Assembly: GCA_965637545.1 (NCBI GenBank)
Contig: OZ281497.1
Span: 21,576,001 to 21,640,000, forward strand
From: Phallusia mammillata
Lineage: Eukaryota
Direction of reading: 5' to 3'
Length of the DNA stretch: 64,000 bases
Shown here in pieces: positions 1 to 12,800 of the stretch (the stretch's first letter is position 1; each line of letters opens with the position of its first letter). The notes beneath the pieces are model-generated. The model did no database searches. It was not told the DNA's origin and worked only from the letters and a program-made list of their open reading frames with translations. A program made the translations under genes and the position numbers.

Positions 1-382
1 ATTTTTTGACCCCCTAAAAATCGAAAAAACGGAAAGGCTATAGCCTTGGTTTTTTTTCAAAAATCAGGTCAAAATTTTCGATTTTCAAAACCGGTTTAAA
101 CCGGTTTGGAGGTTCGGTGGGAGGCAGAAACCGGCCTAAACCAGTTTGAAACTGGAATATTCCGGTGAAAACCCACCGAGACCGGATTTTTTTCGATTTT
201 TTGACCCCCAAAATTGGAAAAAAAGAAAAAGGCCTTAGATTTTTTCAAAAATCGGGTCGAAATTTTAAATTTTCGAAACCGGATTTAAACCGGTTTGAAG
301 GTTCGGTAGAAAGCAGCCACCGATCAAAACCAGTTTGAAACTGGAATATTCCGCCAAAAACCTACCCAATATCGGATTTTTT
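1..382. repeat. Tandem repeat, ~190-bp unit, two diverged copies visible, truncated by window start
   Basis: ATTTTTTGACCCC at 1 and 196; CCAGTTTGAAACTGGAATATTCC at 141 and 330; palindrome AAACCGGTTTAAACCGGTTT at 88-107. Confidence 0.8.
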
Positions 383-900
383 GCTTTTTTGCTTACGAAT
401 TTAAAAGACGGAACGTCTACATATAAGTTCTCATATTTTTTTAAAGAATTGGATTTTCATTTTCTTGAAAAAAATGATATTTATACTTATGGCATAGTGT
501 TGTTTTTTCAGAATATCAAGGGTTCAAGTAGCTTGTTGTCACTTTGGGCGGTTTACCCATCGGTTCGTTTCAGCTCACTTGAGGCGTCAGTCCCGGTAAG
601 CGTAGCAATTTGCGTTTTGCCTTTTTTACGTTTCAAGCGCTTTGCCGAAACTGTTGCGGCTGGGTAATCTCCTGAAGTCTTTTTGGTGGCAGGTAGACCA
701 GCTTCGGGATAGAAGATAATTGGTCATTGTCAGGTAATAGTTAACCTTTTGTTATCAATAATGGTCTGAACATGGCTTAAAGTAACAAAACTCAAAAACA
801 TTTTTTTATGTTACAGGATAAACAGTTAACAGCAAGAAAAGATTGTTTGTTTGAATTTATTACGCCTATTTTGTGCACTGTATTTGTTTTTTATTAAAGG

Positions 901-1030
901 GCGCCCCCTGTGTTCATGTCCCCTGGTGGCACTGCGTTATATTTCCGTGGTGTAAAAGTGGTGTATGCAGGGTTTGAACTCACAAACTTTTGACCACAAG
1001 CAGGTTGCTCCAACAAATTGACCATTTTCA
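901..1030 (-). mobile_element. Possible degenerate tRNA-derived SINE fragment
   Basis: Minus strand has A-box-like TGGTCAATTTGTTGG followed by B-box-like GAGTTCAAACC; no full cloverleaf. Confidence 0.25.
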
Positions 1031-1234
1031 CTCTTTACTAAGCTTACTTCGGTTTTATTTCATATATTTAGTGACGCGGGCCAAATCAACGTTAGAGGTG
1101 TTGTTCGAAAGACATTAAGATTTCTTGTTGTAGTGGTGTGCTGATGAACTTATTATTCAAGCCTAAACCAGCATGCGTTTTTTATCACAGCTTATCGACA
1201 TAGAGTAGAACAATCGGGTGAGTTGTGGTTTACA

Positions 1235-4200
1235 ATGGGAAACATTGATTCAAGCCGTGAGAAAAATGACATCGAATTTAACGAGACGACGATTGAAGCT
1301 CCTTTGCCGGTTGAACGACAGGCTGATCCAGACATCATTGAGAATATCGAAGAAACCTCGACGTTTTCCGAACATAAAGTTATATCGGTATGAATGATGT
1401 ATAAACGGGCTAGACCTCGCCTTTTTTCGTCGTTTTTTTCGTTGATTAAAAGGTATTTTGAATTAACAGTTTTGGGGCACTTTTTCATGAAGACAGCAAT
1501 GACATATTGGGATCGAATAACAATAAAAAAAACGACAGTAAAGTCAAACACAATATGTTTAGTAAAAACTGCATGCGATTGCTAATCAAATTCAAAATCA
1601 GTTAAAAACATGACCTTAGAAGAGTAAATTGTGTGGGAACAGTGTGACATCAAAATTGAGGTTTGCTCCATGGTAACATAGGTTGTGACTTCTAGGTTTT
1701 ATTTTCATAAGTTAGATGACTTTTACAGTGCTTTGCTGAGATGTAGCGCTTTGTTTAACAGTTCAACCCGCATTTGTATCTGCTTTACTAAATTTCGAAG
1801 GCCCAACGGCTCATCAGAAATAACTTCACGGTGCAACTGGTTGATCAGTGATCGGAAAGATGTGAAATAGATAGTGCGTTAAGGCGTGTTCGTAAATGTT
1901 GAACGCATGAAAAACGATGGTTGATATCTTTTCAAATCAGTGACCTAAAGAGTCAGGGGTCACGGTTGCCGGTTGGGTATACATCGAATCATGAACTGCT
2001 TGGTTTGCAGGTTCATGGAACAAGGATACGGTTGTCGAATGCATATTATAACTTATGGTGCGTCGTGGTTGATTGGCGAAAACATTTGCCTTTTGAGCGA
2101 GTCACACTGTCGATAATACGTTTTTGCAGCATATGTATAAAACATGTTTTGGGGTGGATATGGAAATATTACTTAACTTACATTTCTCTTGCACCTACAG
2201 CACACGATCCTATCTTTCAAAAACATTTGTTGAGACAAGTCCAGATTGACCGAAGTTATTCGACGTTTTTGCCAAATATTAGATTTTGACCTAAACCTTT
2301 CATAACAGTTCCTAACTAGGTATACCAACAGTTATGCCAAAACTAACTACTGAGCTACACACCTTTTCATTGTATCATAAAAATTTGTTTGATATGTTAT
2401 GGATTGCGACGCCAAACAAAGGGACAAAACTAACAAGGCACGCCCATTCGTCCAAGATGCGTATAATAAACATATCGTCCCAAGAGGTTGCTGTGATCAA
2501 CAAACTTATATCCGACAGGAGTGTGAGTAAAGTTGAACGACCACTGCGGCATGATGCTATATTTCGTACATGTTGATTTTCCATCGTTAAGTAAAATAAC
2601 AATTTGTTTTTCCAAGCGGATTTGGTTCCGATAAATGAACATGGAAGCGTTTATTTGTGACCAACAACACAAAAACCATGGGCTTTATAAGGATGGTAGT
2701 CTATTTGGGGTTGAAAGTGCGCACTGCAAAATAAGAAACTTGTTATCTTCCAACAAAGCGTGGCTAACATAAACCGTTAACAGTGTTGCTAACCAGATTG
2801 TACAACTAGTAATTTTGGTGAATTGTGACTATTTGATGGCGATTATGCAACTTCCAGAGTCACTAAATATTGCTCTCATTCGCCGGAACTTTTTGATTCA
2901 GACACACAAGCACAACCAACAACATCTTGCGTTAAGCATGCTTACGGTTGCCTGTATTAGCGGTCACTGAAGCATGTAATTCAACGTATCAGGTGCGACG
3001 ACTGTAGAATGATGCTGAAAGTTTTATTTATTTTTGGAACACGAAGAACCAAAAAATTTGCTTTTGAATAAAAAACGCCTCGTTCCTAACACATACATAA
3101 GGCAATTTATGAAAAAGTGCTATCTGTTTGTATTAATTAACATACTGTTTTATTCACTGACATTCTTAGGAACTATGTCATTTTTACAAGTAAATGTAAA
3201 TATGTTACAAATGTAACCGGCGCTTTCCTTTCCCAATGCGTGTTTTCGTTTTAAAGTTTTTATGCCTTTATTGTACAGATAGCAGTTGATCAATACACTT
3301 ACCTTGTGTGCGCATTTTCTGATATCATATCTCAAATTTGGACCAATTTTTACAACGACAACGATTTTCTCAGGACTTCGACGAAATTCGAAGCGAAATC
3401 AATCAAAAAAGCAAAGAAGAAGGTGCAAGCTTTATTTACAAAGACATCGATTTCCTTAGCGATACCAAATCGCTTTATTACACTTTTGGTGCCCCTACAA
3501 ACTGGGCAGAAATTGAATGGAAGAGACCAAAGGTAAAGTACAGTAATTTGCTTTCACATAATCCTAAAAATAGCAAAAATGTTTTATTCCATTCTTTACC
3601 TCTTTTTTTTTAATTGAAAACGTTAAAACTACTGTTAAACAGGTTAAACATAGCCTTTTATCAATCTACACCTTCACGGCAATATTTTCGCTACATTTGT
3701 CAGTTTGCTTTTTTATTTTTTTCATTTTTATAAGATTTGAATCGAGGACATTTTTGCTGTTAGAAGGATTTCCATTCGGGCTTACATTGAGACTGTAGCA
3801 ACACCTAGCGGCAATATCAAACATTGTAATAATAAAACGTGGATGGAGCATACGATTTCATTTGACAACTTAGACAAAACTGTCCGGCACCAAAGGCACC
3901 CCGGTTAAGAGCTACTGGTAAGTTAAAAAAATACATTTTTAAACTGACTTCGTTTCTTCAGGACATCTCGGATTCCCCAAGACTCACCAAAGATGGAACA
4001 AGCACTAAAGATATTAAGCAAGGAATGCTGGGTAACTGCTGGTTTCTTGCTTCGTGTGCAGCTATATCCAGATCAGCTAAACATCTTAAAAAGGTAAAAT
4101 ACGACATGACTTAGCACACAAATCTTCGTATAGTGGCTTTTGATTGCCTGTGTGAAATTTCTAAAATCTCTTATTCACGACAGCGAGTGTTTGTTGTTTC

Positions 4201-7200
4201 TCTTTTGAAGTTAAAATAGTCTACCTTTAAACATTTCCACACATAACGCAGAATTAGGAAAAATAGATTTTTCAAACAGTGACTTTTGAGCCCAGTTTAG
4301 CTATGGTTTAAACCAGTGGTTCCCAACTTTCGTGGACCATGGCCCCCTTAAAGTTACTTCTTGGCCTCGTGGCCCCCTTCAAGTTACCATGTATGACCTG
4401 TGGCCCCCTTAAAATGTAGATAGCAATCTCGCGTTGGAATGCGGTATTAATTTTGGCCTTAAACAGGTCTAATAGAGTAAATGTGTGTGATAAACCTCAC
4501 TATAAACAAATAGTATGTAAAATAGTCGATTAAATTTGGGAATAAAGTTAAAGTGAAAATGACTTTTAGTAGGTGTTTCTTGTGAATCTACGCCCGTGAC
4601 CCCCCCGGAACACAGCTCGTGGCCTCCCTGGGGGCCATGGACCCTGGTTGGGATCCACTGGTTTAAACCGATAGCCAAACAAGTGATTAAATATTTTAAT
4701 GGGTAAAAAAAATGTGAGAGTTTATTTTGTTGGTCAGTACAAGTTTAATACGTTTATGGTTCGATTGTCGTAGTAACGTAGATTACAAATTATCTTGTGG
4801 TTTAGGTAATTCCAGAAAACCAGTCGATGCAGGGGGCGGATTACGCGGGAATGTTTCACTTCCGGTTCTGGCGGTTTGGTAAATGGGTTGATGTTATTGT
4901 GGATGACGCCCTTCCGACTATTAACGGGTCACTTTGTTTCGGTAAATCAGACGACAGTGACGAGTTCTGGCTCCCTCTTGTGGAAAAGGCATACGCAAAG
5001 TAAGTTTTTGTTAACTAAACCGACTAAACCAGTTTTAAACAGTTTTCTAGCAAACATACAACCGAACCGGAAAAAAGTTGAAATGGGATTGCCCATGTGC
5101 CTTACAAAACTCAGTTTCAATTTTTTTGTTAGAGTGTTTTTTTGGAAAAATATGAGGCAAAACTAACTGCTATTGTTTGTACGTGTGTTATTTGGCATGT
5201 AATTATAGAACTGTAACATGCTTGTTTTCAAAATCACAAATCATGATGTTTATCTGTTACGTATTAGAAGATAAAACTTTGGATTATCTGTATATTTTGA
5301 ACACTGGATCCTTATTTAGAGTACTATCGTTGCTGTATTGGGAGTTGGACAAAATATCTCTAAACTAAAATCAATATTTTTTCGACAGACTGCATAACTC
5401 TTACCAAGCAATTGAAGGAGGATTTACTCAAGACGGGTTGGAAGATTTAACTGGTGGAATCGTGATGTCATATGATCTTGGAAGCAAGACCCCGGACAAT
5501 TTGTTTTCCGTGCTTAAAAAGTAAGAGCGATTGACAAACACAATCTGCCTACTCTATTTTCAATTTAGGCCTTACAAAACTGTTGATCCACATGTGGAGA
5601 TTATGGACTAACTTTGGCATACTCTAAACATTCGTAAGCTTAACAACCTTATCGAACACTAAATATGTTAAATATTGGTAGATAGTCAAATTTGAAGTTA
5701 GGGAATGTCGTCTATATGCAATCGGTTAATACAAACTCTGTGCACGTAAAAAAGATTTTCGCCGCAAATGTGACAGAATGTGAAGTAGGTGAATGTTGAC
5801 AACTCAATGGTTTTAAAACCTTGGATCTAAACCCTTTCCAAAATCACTTGTATAGAGTTCACTTCACCCCACTGTACAAAACCGTAAACAACATTTTATT
5901 CAAACCAATTAACTGCAGGGCAATGCAGTACGACAGTTTTGCCTGTGCTAGCATCGAAGGCACCGCAGAAAGTGAAAATAAGGAGACGGGTCTAGTGAGT
6001 GCGCACGCGTACGCCATCCTGCAAGTGGCAAAGGTAAAATGCATTTAAATAAGAGATGCAAGTTTGATTCACTAAGCTCAGTCATTAAAGGTAAAATGCT
6101 TTTTTACATTAAAGTGTATTTTCATTAGTTTAAAATGTAAAAGCTTTATGCACTTCCTTTTGAAAGGTATGTTAAGGCCAATAATCCAATAACCCAGAGT
6201 TGTGAGTCGGACTGGGTTCGGGCAGGGTTTGAGATTAGGTTTTTTTTACCAAACGGGATTGATTCGAACCGGCCTTCACTTTTTGTGTCCGTAATTTAAA
6301 AAATATATAAATTGCCTATAGCTAAGTGGTTAGTTATTGGACTAAATCTAATGTTCGACCACCTTAAAACGTCCTGTTTAAGCCATTGTGTATGTCTTTA
6401 TTATTATAGTTTTAAACTTTCGGGCCGAAATAGGCTTCTAATAAACATTTAATCGGGCTTATACTTTCTGAGTCGTGCTCGAATTACAGACCCGCTTACA
6501 ATACTGATCCTACGAATGGTTTGAATTGATTTCAAGACCGATGTTATGTTTTAGGTCCAACCTAAATTATTAATAACCCTAAAAACTATTGTTTTTCCCA
6601 AAAGGTGGCATACAAGAATGCTGACGTAAATCTGGTAAAGTTGCGAAACCCGTGGGGAAACTCCACAGAGTGGAAAGGAGACTGGAGCGACGAGTAAGTT
6701 TTTTTATGTAATGCTTTACGTGCCAAACTAAGTTTGAAAAATGTTTCATAAACTCTTGAAAAGGCGTTTGCAGTAATAGGTTTTCATCGATTGGAAGCTC
6801 AATGGCGATATGGTTTGGAGAATATATAGTAGTGTCTATAGTAGGTAAGTAAGTAAGTAAGTAAGTTTATTTCGCACGAAATATTTTAAGTACAAAAACA
6901 AAATAAATTCAAAGGAAGAATGTGCGGGGTAGCGAAAGACTCTGTGGTCACCGTGTCAGCTACCCCTCTTAATTTAAACTAATGGTATGGTAGCAGCGCT
7001 TTTAGTACGTATCTATACCAACTGTTGATGAAACTTGAAGATTACTCTAAAACTTTTACACTCCTCAACAGATCACCAACATGGGACTTTGTTAGCGAGG
7101 ATTTGAAGCATGGTATGCACGCAAACGAGGACAATGGAGAATGGTGGATGACCTTCGATGACCTTTCACAGCATTTTACCGCCCTCACCATTTGCACAGT

Positions 7201-8773
7201 TGGACCTGATTTTGACAATGATGGTGCTCCTACAGGGGACAGGTCAATTTACAATAGTAACGGACATATTCTCGCTGCAGACAAGCAAATTTCAAGACTT
7301 TATGGCCTATCACAGTGGGCTCTGAAATTTCAATATTGTGAAACACTTACGAAGTAATTTTGTTTTTGTTTGATAACGGTTGTTTTGAATTTCTATGCTG
7401 CGCGGTGAGCCGGCTCGTATGAAAAAATGCAAATCAGAAACCCCTTGAATCATTCCACAAAAACAACCGACTAGTTCAAAAACCGACGTCGTATTGGTTA
7501 ACACTGACACAATTTCTAATTTTGACTGTTTTAACCAGGTGGCTTCGGTCTGCTATCAACGGCGAATGGATAACCGGAAAAACGGCTGGTGGAAGTAGAA
7601 ATGATTTGTACGGGTACCAAGCCAATCCCCAGTACTTCATGGAGCTTCGTGAACCAAGCAAGCAACGATTTGTTTAGATTTTGTGCTTATTTTAGGTTTA
7701 CATGAGAACTTGATAAATGCCCCCTTGTTACGTATGAATAGTAAAGTGTAAGAAACCTAAACAGCTAGATTTGAAGGATTAGATTGAAAAAATATTACGC
7801 ATAAAATATAGGCTCTCAAAAAAGAATGTATAACTCATTTTTAACATGACTTTCAATGGCGTATTCAATTTACACAAAGTATTGAGGCATATTTCATAGA
7901 GTCGTAGCCTAACTGCAAATTGTAACTAATTTTATGGATTGATTTTTTCAAAGATGATTTTGATCCTGTGGAGGATAAACCAGAGGAGGAGGGAAAATGC
8001 TCTTTTGTGCTTGGTTTGATGCAGGAGTACAGAAGAGTGGCAAGATCAAAGGGAGTCGAAAACTTGTATCTTTCTGTGCACATTTTCAAGGTTGGTGTTT
8101 CTGAAGTTTTTTTGTAGGGGGAGGACAAAAGATTCAAGACAAGACCGGCTCTAAAACTGAAATGAAGGCAGGAATTTTTTCATAAAACCTGGCCCCTTGC
8201 GACATCATTGTTCAAGAAATTGCTTGTTAACAATTCAAAAATAAAACCCAACTGAGCTACGTGTGTAGCCTATAGGCTGTACTCCTGGTTTAGGGGTTAC
8301 AAATAATTTTAGATAATTATATTTCGACGGGTTCAACGAAGTTAATTTGAAATTCGAAAGCATTGTTTTGTCACAGATGGTGGCAAGGGTTATTAACTAA
8401 ATGTTTGAATAATTTAGTATTTCGCATGTAACAAGCATAACAGTCAAAAGGCCATTTTTATCATAGAATCATAGGTCCCCCCACAGAAGTGTTAATAATT
8501 TTGTCATAGAATCGAATCAATCTCTACTTTTTATTCTCTACAAAACAGGTGGAAGAGAAACCGACCCAAAAACTGGACGCAAGATTTTTCAGTCGTAACT
8601 CCCAGATCATGTCCAGTGGTTCTTACATCAATCGTCGTGAAGTTACCATTAGTGGTCTTCTCAGTCCCGGTTTTTACGTCATAGTTCCGTCATCGTTCTA
8701 CGCATCAAAGGGCGGGTCATTTCTGTTGCGAATCTTCACGGAGAAACCCATAATATTGGAGCAACTTCATTAA
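1235..8773 (+). CDS. Calpain cysteine protease (CysPc + domain III/CBSW only; no PEF or C2 domain), ~541 aa for the isoform starting at 1235
   Basis: Phase-consistent exons: 1235-1387 (candidate first coding exon), 3374-3532, 3962-4093 (QGMLGNCW, catalytic Cys), 4806-4999 (FWRFGKW..DD.LP..EKAYAK), 5389-5520, 5919-6033 (HAY, catalytic His), 6605-6693 (RNPWG, catalytic Asn), 7072-7242, 7539-7657 (GC donor), 7954-8090, 8549-8773 (TAA). Core exons are certain; the 5' exon choice is less so. Confidence 0.93.
2015..2057 (+). CDS. Candidate alternative first coding exon B of the calpain ([14 protein letters not shown])
   Basis: Acceptor tttgcag at 2010, ATG at 2015, phase-1 donor G|gtgcgt matching the phase of exon 2961-2992. 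Confidence 0.4.
2399..2522 (+). CDS. Candidate alternative first coding exon C of the calpain ([41 protein letters not shown])
   Basis: ATG just after an in-frame TGA, open for 41 codons, strong phase-1 donor T|gtgagt; joins 2961-2992 in frame. Confidence 0.55.
2961..2992 (+). CDS. Small calpain exon ([10 protein letters not shown]) preceding DFDEIR
   Basis: tattag acceptor, CAG|gtgcga donor; recreates the calpain-typical Q-DF junction with exon 3374. Confidence 0.6.
4314..4660. mobile_element. hAT (Charlie-like) MITE in calpain intron
   Basis: TIRs CAGTGGTTCCCAAC / GTTGGGATCCACTG; perfect 8-bp TSD GTTTAAAC (4306-4313, 4661-4668). Confidence 0.92.
6195..6506. mobile_element. Degenerate hAT-like MITE
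   Basis: CAGAGTTGTGAGTCGG ... CCCGCTTACAATACTG imperfect TIRs with CGGG-rich subtermini; no matching TSD. Confidence 0.4.
6842..7000 (-). repeat. (TAAG)n microsatellite, possibly the 3' tail of a LINE/SINE remnant
   Basis: gtaagtaagtaagtaagtaag next to tttatt (AATAAA on the minus strand), an arrangement typical of CR1/L2 tails. Confidence 0.4.
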
Positions 8774-8865
8774 GATGATTTACTTATAACTTTCTCCTGC
8801 TGCTTGTGTATTTGCGTTTTTGATGCTTAATTTCGCGAGTTATGCTTTGAACCTATACAAGCTGC

Positions 8866-9265
8866 TAGGGATGTGCCAAAACTGCGAATGTTCTGTTTGG
8901 TCGAGCACCGAGCATCTCACTTAAATGCTCAGTGCATTATGACGTCACAAAAAATCCCCTTTCTACGTTTTAGCTCTATAAGGTATCTTACGTCACCGGC
9001 GGTGTTTTATTGAGCTGTACATGCCCATAAAGAACGCGTTTTTCCACCATCCAATACATTTGAAAAATCATTCGTTTCTTTATCTTGGATACCCTTTAGA
9101 TTCTAAAGGATTTCTTAGAACACTAGTTACGTATGTTCAGGGCATGACTATGCAAATTTAACGCTCGGGTCAGTTTGTGCAACTGCTCGGCCGAGCACCG
9201 AGCATCAAAAACAGCGATGCTCGGTATCGAGTACTCGGGTTCTGGCTCGGCTCGGCCCATCCCTA
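8866..9265 (+). mobile_element. hAT (Ac-like) MITE in the calpain 3' UTR
   Basis: TIRs TAGGGATG / CATCCCTA; perfect 8-bp TSD CAAGCTGC (8858-8865, 9266-9273). Confidence 0.92.
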
Positions 9266-9323
9266 CAAGCTGCTATGCTTTACAATAGAAACATTTGATA
9301 CAACACACCTGTGAAGACCATTT

Positions 9324-9329
9324 AATAAA
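9324..9329 (+). terminator. Probable calpain poly(A) signal AATAAA (overlaps ATTAAA on the minus strand)
   Basis: TTTAATAAA at 9321-9329, downstream of the calpain stop. Confidence 0.5.
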
Positions 9330-9882
9330 GCCGTATAAAAGGTACAGCACGACAAACGGCATTACTGTGTTTCGCTTGCTAGAGCTGTGCCGAAAATTGT
9401 CCAATTAGCATGTTTTTGACAATACTTGCTTGATTTTTGTTGATGTCAATTTGCACTGGTACATATACAGGTTTTTTATCATAGGGATGTAGTTGCATCG
9501 CTTTTATGTTAGTCGTATACTTGCTAGTTGTAGTCATTAAATTTAGACCTTTCATTTGTAAAGAGTGAATTCTGGCTAAAACTCGCTGTAAAGAATTGAA
9601 AACAGAACAAACAGCTCTTCCTTGACAAAGGCACTACATACATGTAAACATAGATCCAAAGACAAGAGTATAGTGAATCGGATTTTTTCGACAATATTTC
9701 TGGCCTGTAAACCGAAACATCATTTAACAAAATATGAGCAGCAACATAGCAGGTTGAAAAACTAAAAGATTTTTCCACACGATGGAAACTGAGGTCAGGC
9801 CTCAACTCATGCCAGCTGAAGGCAGTTTAACTGTACAGAAAGAAATTGCTCAACCAGAAATCTTTCTAGGCCAACTCTTCGC

Positions 9883-12800
9883 TCAATCTTCGTCCATCTC
9901 AACTTCCACTGACTGATCAGCCGCTTTGCCTGCAAAAAAAGAGAATTTAGTAATTTGAGATGTATTTCAAAAAGACATTTGGCAACAAAGACAGAAGGAA
10001 GATTAATCAGTAAAAAATAAAGTTTAAAAAGCCACAATGGCATTTATGTTAGTATTTTAAACCGCTATTCCGTTCCCAAAAAGTCTGAAATGCTACTGCA
10101 GCCATTGCTTATCTAACAAAGCCTATTTTAAACATGTTACTTTCAGTGCTCCTACAATTGGCAACGTTTATTCAGCGTGGTCGTTCGTACATGCAGAGAT
10201 ATATGGCTTCGCACAAATGAAAGTTTTTGTTGTCTTACACAAACGAAGCAGCCTGGTCTTTATTAGTGGGTAGAGCTATCAACATAAGAACTCACAACAG
10301 ACTATGCTTGCCAACCGATAAATGGCATAAAGCGCACAGGCATATTTAGATTAAAAGTGAAACTGGGTTAGGCTTCGGGAATAAACTTAACATTAGGAAC
10401 TAAGTTTAAAGTAATGGAACGGTACCAGAATTTCGAACAAATAGAGATTTAGCCGACGAGATGATCTTAAAACCAATCGCATTTACCCTTCGTCTGTTCT
10501 ATCCATTAGTCTATAATGACAGAACAAAGGTTTGAAAACTTGAAATATAGCGTTTAACCCCCATAAAAATAGTAAGGTGATTTCTTGGTAGTGCCGCAAC
10601 TACTTGCTGTGAAAACGGTGCACGAAGCTTTAAGTTAGTCATCCCCAATTGAAGTAATGCACTGTGATCCATACTAATGGAAGTAGTGATACATTTTCTC
10701 TCTCTTCTATAGTCTAGAACGGAATACGTACTCTTTCAGAATAAAAATCATTCTCACACCTCGGGCGCTGAATGTGACGTCACACATCAGCTAACCGGCA
10801 TGGGTCGCGTGGGTATTGTGAAATCGACCACGTGCGTTTCAAAAACGATTTGCAACACAAATGCACTCAACAACGTCTCACACACGCCGGATATGTTTTC
10901 GCAAACCTATCTTTTAAACAGTTCTCAACCGTTGGCACGCGAGTAGCTTTCCGTCATACAGTAAGCCTCGGCAAAATCGAATTCAGTCAATCTGGATCTT
11001 CGCCCATGAGGACAAAACTTGAGGTCAAAATGATTTTTAATATGGTATCACTTGATTTAATCGACATGGGATAATCCGGATCTTCGCCTAATTCGGACAT
11101 TTTTTGTTTTAAACGGGTCGGATTAACTGAGGTTTACCCTATTTAATTCACGTCGAGTCCAAAAAATGCAACTCAACTAATCCAACTGAGTAGCCCTGGT
11201 TTTGAGAGAAACTCGTGACTTGGAAATTTTTGGAAAGTTCTAACAATGCTGGTTTCAGAAAGGCGCTAGTCTAGGCAAAAAGAAATGCCTATCTTTTGAT
11301 AACCGTTAAAACAGGGCTTGGCACGAAGCGGCGGTACGCTATCACTACAAGGTTCAGAACCACTAATCTTAAAGAATAACGCAGCATCTAGGGATGTTCA
11401 AAGTAGAATAGCTAGGTATTCTAGAATAATTGTTTCGAATCTAGAATATCGAATCCAATTCTTATATTATTTTTAAATGTGCAAGCATTAATCTTGACAA
11501 CAACTTAAGTAGACTAGTTTATTACATTATAAAACATATTCTTTATTTATATTGTAAAAACGAACCAAACAAAACAAAGAAAAACACTGGGAAAAAATTT
11601 GCACAACTGTATTGAAACTAAATGCCCCAAAATCCACAAAGCCAGAACAATCAGCATAAGGTTAAAAAATAGGTATATTATTTTATTCAGTGATTTTTAT
11701 TGCCTTCAGTAGAGGTAACTATGTTGTAAGCATGCTGAGGTAATTTGATTTGTATGGTGGTAGAGGACTGACATAGACTCCCTAGCGTTCAAATATGTAA
11801 CGTTTGTTAACCTAAAACAACTGCAAAAACAGGTACCCTAGCAAACAAAGTTTGGACGCTACATTTTTATGTTTGACCCAATGGTCATATGTTTGGTATT
11901 CCTTTACTGTTTTGCGATATTAGCAGACAATCCCATGCTTCCAATCGCTGCCTAACGCCATGACCGTTACACGTTTTTTGTTGTCGAATTCGGAAAACAA
12001 TTACCGTAATTTTCCAAGTATAGTGCGCCCCCGTGCATAATACGCACCCTAAAAATGGCATGTCGATGCTGGAAAAAAGCCTGTACCCATGTATAATACG
12101 CACCCAAATGTTTACTCTTAAATCCGTAAACGTAAAATTATTTCAGAAAAAAGATCATCTTTTGAAACAACCGGATGTTATTCTGCCGGTCAGTATCACT
12201 GCGCATGCGCTCGCAAACTCGATAGCGAAAAATGTTTAGGATTTGTGTAGGGTACATCGTGACAGCAAACGAGATCTTACTGGTCGCGTTCAAGCGGAAC
12301 CGATCTTAATACTTGCAGAGAACATTTTTATTTTTAAAACACAAATGAAGTTTAATATGTATCAGATTAAAATACCTAAAAATCAGAATAATTAAATTCA
12401 AACTTATATACAAAATTTTAGTTCGATCCGTTGCATATCGGCAATGATATCACCCCATTTACGTTGTCGCTAAATGGGCAGTGTGCAGTATTTGACAATA
12501 ACACACCATCAAGGATTGCACCATCGCATCAAACGATATGTCGTCAATTATGAATTTTACTGACTAAGTGTGTTGGGCAGGATGGCTAAATGTGATGCGC
12601 GATTGACAACAAACAAGAAGAAAGGTCTGATTTCAAGTTTTATTTCGAGGCAGATTTTCTTCAAAAATTGTTGTACCCATGCATAATGCGCACCCTAGAT
12701 TTTAGGACAATAAATTAATCAAATTTTGCGCATTATACACGGAAAATTACGGTAGATGCTGGTAAGACGTTGCAAAAAGTCGCCGGTATGTCGTTCAATG

